From NCBI GenBank assembly GCA_040882355.1, contig JBBEBM010000022.1:1-35336 (forward strand): a stretch of 35,336 nucleotides of DNA, written 5' to 3'. Under the pieces are notes generated by a model, which worked only from the letters and a program-made list of their open reading frames with translations, was not told the origin of the DNA and ran no database searches. Numbering within the stretch: the stretch's first letter is position 1; the number at the start of each line of letters is the position of its first letter. Below are positions 28,977-35,336 of the stretch, piece by piece. A program made the translations under genes and the position numbers. The DNA is from Dehalococcoidia bacterium (lineage in GTDB: Bacteria > Chloroflexota > Dehalococcoidia > DSTF01 > RBG-16-68-14).

Positions 28977-29324
28977 ATGGAGCTGAGCGCGTCCGTCCTC
29001 GACCTCAAGCCGAACCCGAATATCCCCGACTTCGGGCCCGGCGATACCGTGCGCGTCCACGCCAAGGTGCGTGAGGGCGAGCGCGAGCGCATCCAGGTCT
29101 TCGAGGGTGTGGTGATTCGGCGGCGCAACGCGGGCTCCGGCTCCAACTTCACCGTCCGCCGCATCAGCCACGACGTCGGCACCGAGCGCACCTTCCCGAT
29201 CTACTCGCCCATGCTCGACAAGGTGGAGGTGGTCCGGCGGGGCAAAGTGCGCCGCGCCAAGCTCTACTACCTGCGCGGCCTCACCGGTCGCGCCGCCCGC
29301 ATCAAGGAAGCCCCCCGCCGCTAA
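28977..29324 (+). CDS. rplS: 50S ribosomal protein L19
   Basis: [54 protein letters not shown]. Confidence 0.97.
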   Translation: MELSASVLDLKPNPNIPDFGPGDTVRVHAKVREGERERIQVFEGVVIRRRNAGSGSNFTVRRISHDVGTERTFPIYSPMLDKVEVVRRGKVRRAKLYYLRGLTGRAARIKEAPRR

Positions 29325-29408
29325 CGGGCCGCGCTCCGATTCACGACTCTCGCCGCCCCAAGACGCGTCTCGTGTGCTCGCGAAGGTTCTCGCGACCGCA
29401 TTGGGCGG

Positions 29409-30305
29409 CTACTGCTTGAGCGGGCCGCCGAGCTTCTTCAACCACCGTTTGGCCGGTCGCGAATCGATCAGGCCAAGCGCGATGCGGATGATTGGCCCCG
29501 TATCGGTGCGTGTCGATTTCAGCGCAAGGTTGCCCATCGCATCGATATCGTCGTCTTCAAGGGGGTCGCGCGGCTCGCAGTGCATTGCCAGGAACCGCGC
29601 CGATATCGCGCGTTCGGTTTCGTCCGCGCTGGCGCCCATGAGCCGGGCCCGGTGGTGGTGAATCGCCTTCGTAGCCAAGCGATTCAGTCTCTCTTCCTCG
29701 CGACGACTGAGGGGCAGGCCCAATCGCCCGACGATCTCACGAGCCTCCGGAAAGCGATGGAACGACTGACGGTGCTTACGCTGCTCAACAAACAGGGCGA
29801 TCAGCGCGCCGCCCCTTCCTCGCTTCAGTAGTTCCATGTTGGCATCGATGCGAAATCCGCGTTCGGGATCGTTTGCCGCGATGCGCTCAAAGCTGGCAGT
29901 GGTCGCGGGGTCCTGGATCGCGCTTAGCACGTGGAAAGCGAAAGACCGAAACGGGTCATTGACGTTTCGCTCAACGCTCTGCTCAATGGCCGAGCGAGTC
30001 GCCTGATCTGGTACCCAGCCGCCCTTGCGTATGTACATGTTCGCCGCCGTGAGAGCATACGCTCTGACCTCCTCACGACGTGAGCGGAGGCCAGTGAGAA
30101 TGAGAGGCTTGCCATCTTCGGTCTGGGCCCTTGCCAGAAAGAGCAGGACCCCGGTCCGTGTCTTCGCACTTCTGTCTTGCCAGGCCTGCTTGTAGGTCCG
30201 TCTCAGGACGCGTTCTGCCGAGACCTTTTCTCTGCCCCGCGCTCCGAGCCAAGACCGGAGGGTTCGGTCGAAAGCCTCGCTCAAGGACGCGCGCCTACTG
30301 CTCAT
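29409..30305 (-). CDS. Hypothetical basic, alpha-helical (HEAT-like) protein; candidate RHS immunity/partner
   Basis: ATG 16 nt after the RHS stop, same strand, atypical codon usage; LIL.GL.S....VR..A and IR.ALG.I HEAT-like segments. Confidence 0.6.
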   Translation of the reverse strand: MSSRRASLSEAFDRTLRSWLGARGREKVSAERVLRRTYKQAWQDRSAKTRTGVLLFLARAQTEDGKPLILTGLRSRREEVRAYALTAANMYIRKGGWVPDQATRSAIEQSVERNVNDPFRSFAFHVLSAIQDPATTASFERIAANDPERGFRIDANMELLKRGRGGALIALFVEQRKHRQSFHRFPEAREIVGRLGLPLSRREEERLNRLATKAIHHHRARLMGASADETERAISARFLAMHCEPRDPLEDDDIDAMGNLALKSTRTDTGPIIRIALGLIDSRPAKRWLKKLGGPLKQ

Positions 30306-30321
30306 CGATGCGCTCAGGCAC

Positions 30322-33300
30322 TCAGTAACAGGCGTCCGAGCCGCCTCCCAGCGCGTCTGCGATAGCGTCGAGCATGGATCCAACACCTTCGCCGATGCCA
30401 TCGATGAAGGACGACGACCAAGAATCGTCCCCACCAAAGCCTCGCTCCCGAAACGCCGCCTTGGCGCCTTGCTTGTCGAAGTACCCAGTACCCGGCTGAC
30501 CGCGCTTGCCCGAACATTTGTCAAAGAAGGGTTGACAAATGAAGTGCGCATCCGAGACGCCTAGCCTCTTCCCGTAGGCAACGCACTCACCGTATTCGTC
30601 GTCGCACAGGTCGAGAGTCGCAGGAGCGATCGGCGCTGGAATCGGCGTCGGTGCTTCTGCGTCCCGTCCACTTGGGTCCACCAAGTTAACCGGATTGTTG
30701 AGCACGTACGAGTACAGATTCCAGCTCTGTGGTTGATTCGACGAGCCGCCAGCGGGGTCCTTCGACCAGAAGCGCCCGATCTCGGGGTCGTAGTAGCGCG
30801 CCCGCAGGTAGTACGGGTCGCGCGCCACGTCCGGGTCCTGCTGCTCGCCGGTGAAGCGGAACGGCTGGCCGCTCGCTGGCCCGCTGAGCAGCTCGCCGAA
30901 CGGGTCGTAGCGGTAGCTGGTTCGTCCCCCGGTCGTTCCGTTGACCACTTCCGTCGTGGAGCCGAGGCCGTCGTAGGCGTAGTACGACGACGTCGAGCCG
31001 GACACGCTGGCGATGAGGTCGAGGCCGTAGACGTAGAACGTGTCAACGCCGCCCGACCTCTCTCTGAGCATTACCGGTAGTGCCCCGCCCATGTCCCACA
31101 CGTAGTCTGCCCGCGTTGCTCCCGCCCACTTTGTCGTTCGCAGGCCGTCGCCGTTGTAAGAGAACTGTCCGTTGTCGGGACAGCTTTGTCCGAACTGAGC
31201 GACTCCTGCGCCAATATCGCCTATGGTGATGATGCCATCGGGCCCGCCAACAGGTGTAATGTCCTTCCTCGCGTCGTAGGAAGGGCCGCCTTCGGACTGA
31301 CCAAATGCCTGTACCAGGGCACCGACGTCACCGATCGCCACGGTGCCATCGAAGGCCTCGCCGAGGGACTGATCGTAGCAGTGGCCAATTCGCAAGTAGT
31401 GCTGGTCGTAGTCCACCAGCGGGAACTGATTCGCCGGGTTCCCTTGCGTCTGGTCGGGACCGATGTGCGCCAGCGTGCCGTGCCCCTCGTACGTATAGGT
31501 CACGTCAGCGTCCTGGACAGCGCACGTAGCAGATCCGTCGCACTGATGCGTCAGCCGGTCAGCGTCGTCGAAGATGTAGCTCGTGAAGACTCCGTCCTCG
31601 TTCTTGTTGAGCCGGTTGCCACGGCCGTCGTACTCGTACGTGCGCTCAGGACCACCGAGCGCTGGGAAGTTGGCCGAGGCCAGCCGGTAGAGTCCATCGT
31701 AGTCGTAGTCCGTCACGCTTCCACTATCGGCCATCCGATCCCGATTCCCCACGCCGTCCAACTCATAATCGAAGGTGGAGAAAGGCGGAGCGGCACCAAG
31801 CTCATTTGTGACGTTGATCAGACGATCCGCCTCGTCGTAGTCCCAGTCGGCTATGAGGTCGTCGCCTGAAAGCAGCGTCGTGGCGATGTCGAGGTTGCCA
31901 GCGTCATCGTACCCGTATATGACCTGATTGCCCGGCCAAGAGACCTGCTCAAGCCGGTTGAACGCGTCGTAGCCGTAGGTTACCACCGGGCCCGGGCTGG
32001 GGTAGGCGATGGTCTCGCGATTGCCTACGTCATCGTACGTGTAGTTGACGGTGGCTTGCTCTGTGGTCCCGATCCGATCGATGACTGTCCGAAGGCGGTG
32101 GTCGTCGAAGTACTCGTATGTCGTCCGATTGACGGTCTCATTGCAGTCATCTTTCGTGAGATGGGCTACCACCACCATGCACTGCCTCAGCCCATCCGGC
32201 TGGTAGGAGAAGTTAACGTTGTAGTCGTCGTCGGCGTAGTCGATCTTCGTCATCCGATCAAGGGCGTCATACTCATACGAAACGGCGCGGGGCGGCGTGC
32301 GCGGGTCGGTGCGCGTTTGAAGGTTCCCGTTCGGGTCGTACGAATACGTGGTGACCTTCTGAAGGGGAGTAGTAACCGTCCTCAAGCGGTCCATCCTGTC
32401 ATACGCGAACATCGTCTGATTCAGGTCACTGTCCTGAACGAGCGTGCGGTTGCCTTTCGCATCGTACTGGTAGGAGGCCCCAGTCATGATGAGTCCGTCT
32501 TGCGCTCTATGCTGACTCACCTCAGTGATGTTGTTCTGGTTGTCAGACTCAAACGTGCTGAAGGCACCCTCGGCGTCCGTCACCTCAGTCAATCTTCCAG
32601 CGGCGTCGAAATCGTAGTCCGTGACGTTGGGTCCGTTTGGAGGCGGGACCGCGTTGGTCACGGTGTCGAGCAGGCCGTTGCCGTCGTACTCGAGGGTCGT
32701 CGTATGCCCGTTCCCGTCGGTGATCGACTCCAGATCGCCGTTTTCCGCGCGTCCGACCACAGTGGGCGGGTCCACTATGACGCCGAATTCGTCTTTTCGT
32801 GTGATGCTGGTGAGGTTGCCATTGGCGTTGTAGCCATAGTCTGTCGTCCTCAGCAACGGGTCCTGCTCTATATCGAGATCGTTCAGCGCCGTGTACGTGA
32901 ACAACCACACTTTGGCCCGCGGGTCCGCTACCGAAAGGACGTTGCCTCGGTCGTCGTAGGTGAACTTGCTCGTGTGACGGGTCAACCCGTCGCCCTGATC
33001 TGTCACCTCGCACAGATGCCGATCCACGCCGCCGTTTGTCGAGCAGTGGGTGCCCAGCGGGAAAGCTGGGTCCTCGTATCGAAACGTTACCACCCCTGGA
33101 GGCGTGCCCAGCTCTACAACGGGTTCCACGATCTCGGTCGTGCGGAATGAGCTGTCGTACCTGTAGGTCGTTCGAAAACCCCGCGGATTAACCAGGATCG
33201 TCTCACCCGCCGCCGGTGCCGGCGGAGGCTGGGTCCCCGGGCAGTGCGTATTCGCAGGCCCCACTCCGTAGAAGATGCACGTGACGTTGCCTTCACCATC

Positions 33301-34617
33301 GACTTGGCGGTCGACCCTGTTGTATCCGTCATAGACGTTCGTCGTGATCGCGTATAGCGGTTGCGCAGCGTTCCCGTTCGCGTCAGTGATCGTCACAAGC
33401 CTGTGGCTGCTATATGTGAACGATGTGACTCCGCCTCTGACACCTGTCACTGTCCAGAGGTCGCCGACGGCAGTGTAGGCGAACTGCACCGAACGCGTCG
33501 GCGTGACTTGTGGGTCATCGACTCGGGTAATGCGACCCTGGGCATCGTTCGTGAAGTCGAGAATTCGCCCGCCGCTGTCGGTCACAATATCGAGGAGCCC
33601 ATCCGGATCATAGGTAATCGTGGTGGCGTTGCCGTTCCGATCGAGGATCTTCTTCAACTTCCCGTCCGAGCGGAACTGGAACCGAATCTGTGTCTTGGTG
33701 GTGAGCTCGAACGTGTTGTCAGGTAGACCTGGCCTCGCGAGCCTGTCGAAATTGCCGTTAGGAGACACGTACAAGCCCGAAACAAGATCGAAGAGAGTAG
33801 TCCCGCCGCCAGCGTAGGTCATTAGGGCGCCCTCGTCTAGCTCGTCGACGCGCATCTCATAATTGTGCGTCCACCGCGCTCCGAGCGTGCCTGCGCCACT
33901 CAAGACGGGATTGTACATGCGAGTGAACTCCAGCGGCATGCCTCGCCCTGGGAGAAGCAGGTCTGTGTGGCCGTGAGTGAACACGCCCGTGGATAGATCG
34001 ATTGGATCATCCGTCTGTGCAGAACCCTCTTGCGAAATGGGCCACGGTCCTTGAATGGCTACCGCAGATTCACCTCCTGCGATTCCTACGATTTGAATAT
34101 GGACGTTGCGGCCGGCGTATCCGCCCAGGTCGCATATCGTATGTGCTGCGCTACTGCTTCCGGGCGGCGCCGCGTATGTGAAGAGGACGTCGTCGAACTG
34201 GTTAGGGCTGCCCTGTTCCCGAACTCTGATTGAGATCAGCCCGTCCCCTGTCAACCGCTTTGTGTCCACGATTATGGTGTGCGCATTGGGCGGCACGCTG
34301 AACGGAGACGACTCCAACACTGTGGAGATCCCTGAATTCACTGTCACCTTCGCAGCAGTGCCTGTGAAGCCGGGGTGGTGGATAGCTTCACAGGATGGTG
34401 TGTCAAAATCCTCAGACGCGGGCGGAAACGCCTCCTCGACAGCCGTGGCTTGACCCTGTCCCTGAACGATGCTCCATCCGGCTGTGCCCGCGCTAAAGTT
34501 CCCGTTCGGGACGCTCGGCGAAAGCGGACTCGACGGGGGCCCCGCTTGCACCAAGTGGGCCCCATCCAGTTCAAGTAGAGATGCAGTTACGACCACCACA
34601 AGCAGTAAGCGCTTCAT
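30322..34617 (-). CDS. Secreted RHS/YD-repeat protein with DUF6531-like domain, dockerin-like insert, RHS core and uncharacterised C-terminal domain
   Basis: Signal peptide; DPID.STG..LEFTR.YN..LG.RWTHNY; many YD repeats; YDPFG, FRFTGEQ.D, YYLRARYYDPEIGRFWS.DP, NLYSYV.NNPVNLVDPSG; GGAGG RBS. Confidence 0.93.
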   Translation of the reverse strand: MKRLLLVVVVTASLLELDGAHLVQAGPPSSPLSPSVPNGNFSAGTAGWSIVQGQGQATAVEEAFPPASEDFDTPSCEAIHHPGFTGTAAKVTVNSGISTVLESSPFSVPPNAHTIIVDTKRLTGDGLISIRVREQGSPNQFDDVLFTYAAPPGSSSAAHTICDLGGYAGRNVHIQIVGIAGGESAVAIQGPWPISQEGSAQTDDPIDLSTGVFTHGHTDLLLPGRGMPLEFTRMYNPVLSGAGTLGARWTHNYEMRVDELDEGALMTYAGGGTTLFDLVSGLYVSPNGNFDRLARPGLPDNTFELTTKTQIRFQFRSDGKLKKILDRNGNATTITYDPDGLLDIVTDSGGRILDFTNDAQGRITRVDDPQVTPTRSVQFAYTAVGDLWTVTGVRGGVTSFTYSSHRLVTITDANGNAAQPLYAITTNVYDGYNRVDRQVDGEGNVTCIFYGVGPANTHCPGTQPPPAPAAGETILVNPRGFRTTYRYDSSFRTTEIVEPVVELGTPPGVVTFRYEDPAFPLGTHCSTNGGVDRHLCEVTDQGDGLTRHTSKFTYDDRGNVLSVADPRAKVWLFTYTALNDLDIEQDPLLRTTDYGYNANGNLTSITRKDEFGVIVDPPTVVGRAENGDLESITDGNGHTTTLEYDGNGLLDTVTNAVPPPNGPNVTDYDFDAAGRLTEVTDAEGAFSTFESDNQNNITEVSQHRAQDGLIMTGASYQYDAKGNRTLVQDSDLNQTMFAYDRMDRLRTVTTPLQKVTTYSYDPNGNLQTRTDPRTPPRAVSYEYDALDRMTKIDYADDDYNVNFSYQPDGLRQCMVVVAHLTKDDCNETVNRTTYEYFDDHRLRTVIDRIGTTEQATVNYTYDDVGNRETIAYPSPGPVVTYGYDAFNRLEQVSWPGNQVIYGYDDAGNLDIATTLLSGDDLIADWDYDEADRLINVTNELGAAPPFSTFDYELDGVGNRDRMADSGSVTDYDYDGLYRLASANFPALGGPERTYEYDGRGNRLNKNEDGVFTSYIFDDADRLTHQCDGSATCAVQDADVTYTYEGHGTLAHIGPDQTQGNPANQFPLVDYDQHYLRIGHCYDQSLGEAFDGTVAIGDVGALVQAFGQSEGGPSYDARKDITPVGGPDGIITIGDIGAGVAQFGQSCPDNGQFSYNGDGLRTTKWAGATRADYVWDMGGALPVMLRERSGGVDTFYVYGLDLIASVSGSTSSYYAYDGLGSTTEVVNGTTGGRTSYRYDPFGELLSGPASGQPFRFTGEQQDPDVARDPYYLRARYYDPEIGRFWSKDPAGGSSNQPQSWNLYSYVLNNPVNLVDPSGRDAEAPTPIPAPIAPATLDLCDDEYGECVAYGKRLGVSDAHFICQPFFDKCSGKRGQPGTGYFDKQGAKAAFRERGFGGDDSWSSSFIDGIGEGVGSMLDAIADALGGGSDACY

Positions 34618-34712
34618 TTGACCCAGCCTCCAACCCCAGCTAGGGTTCCGTCTCGGTTCGCGCTGTCCGTGTCGAGTGGCAAGGGTGTGAGGCCTGCCAC
34701 CAGGACGCCACC

Positions 34713-34741
34713 AACGTACTCCCGGGCTTTCAGGCTGTCAA
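34713..34741 (-). promoter_or_regulatory. Putative sigma70 promoter of the RHS gene
   Basis: TTGACA-17 nt-TACGTT on the minus strand. Confidence 0.55.
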
Positions 34742-34885
34742 GACTCTTATGTCACCGCCGGAGGATTTTAGTCAAACGTTAACGAAGCCCCGCCTGCCCT
34801 CGCCCCTCACACTGCGCGTCCAGCTTCGCCCTAGACCCACCGCGCCCGCTCCTGCTACCCTGTCTCTCGCACATAAGGAGGACCC

Positions 34886-35336
34886 GTGGCTCTGCTGCCC
34901 ATTCGTGTGGCCGGCGACCCCGTGCTGCGCCAGAAGGCCAAGAAGGTGCGCCAGATCGACGCGTCGGTTCGGAAGCTGATCGACGACATGATCGAGACCA
35001 TGCGCGACGCCCCCGGCGTCGGCCTCGCCGCGAACCAGGTCGGCGTGCTGCTCCGCGTGATCGTCATCGAAGTCCCCAAGGACGAGGACCGCGAGGCTCA
35101 GCGCCCTGACGACTGGGACCTCCACGTGCTCGTCAACCCCCAGATCGTGAAGCGCTCCGGCGAGCGTCACCTGGACGAGGGCTGCCTCTCCGTCCCCGGT
35201 TACAAGGCCCTCGTGCCGCGCTCGGTAACGGTCACCGTGAAGGGCCTCAACCGGCAGGGCCGCGAAGTGCGCATCAAGGCGGAGGACAACCTCCTGGCCG
35301 AAGCGCTGGAGCACGAGATCGACCACATCAACGGCA
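34886..35336 (+). CDS. def: Peptide deformylase (3' truncated by window edge; absent from the ORF track)
   Basis: TAAGGAGG RBS, GTG start; translated by hand: GDPVLR, GVGLAANQ, EGCLS, HEIDH motifs. Confidence 0.96.
   Translation, partial: MALLPIRVAGDPVLRQKAKKVRQIDASVRKLIDDMIETMRDAPGVGLAANQVGVLLRVIVIEVPKDEDREAQRPDDWDLHVLVNPQIVKRSGERHLDEGCLSVPGYKALVPRSVTVTVKGLNRQGREVRIKAEDNLLAEALEHEIDHING

Noticed and set aside
30306..30551. Overlapping N-terminal extension of the post-RHS ORF (380 aa)
   Set aside because: Overlaps the RHS tip out of frame; ATG 30305 just after the RHS stop is more parsimonious, though unproven
34772..35326. 184-aa minus-strand ORF
   Set aside because: Antisense to def, which the ORF track missed because it runs off the window

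Overview
High-GC bacterial chromosomal window; the gene content suggests Chloroflexota, probably Dehalococcoidia (inference only). It is mostly housekeeping or metabolic: partial MMPL transporter, plsY, cytidylate-kinase-like protein, GYD protein, rpiB-like isomerase, CysM-type cysteine synthase, two ferredoxins, ACT-domain malic enzyme, bcp, nadE, an F420-type LLM oxidoreductase, rplS and a partial def. Several accessory blocks are interspersed. (1) A DHFR/RibD-C-family pseudogene with an internal deletion. (2) A promoter, a 39-codon leader ORF and a 12-bp hairpin upstream of three tandem RimJ/RimL GNATs and a methyltransferase. (3) An ECF sigma/anti-sigma/cupredoxin operon, two tandem P450s and four tandem cupredoxin lipoproteins. 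(4) Two modular secreted proteins with shared N-terminal repeats, Pro/Thr linkers and a repeated ~130-aa C-terminal domain I cannot name, but different central domains; two 100-N gaps lie in one linker. (5) A compositionally atypical, signal-peptide-bearing RHS/YD protein with a Cys-flanked dockerin-like insert and an unrecognised Cys-rich C-terminal tip, followed by a candidate immunity gene, between rplS and def. The best candidates for undescribed biology are the dockerin-carrying secreted RHS locus, the leader-peptide GNAT operon and the shared C-terminal surface domain. No rRNA, tRNA, CRISPR array or transposase was seen. All family assignments come from motif recognition by eye; no searches were run.
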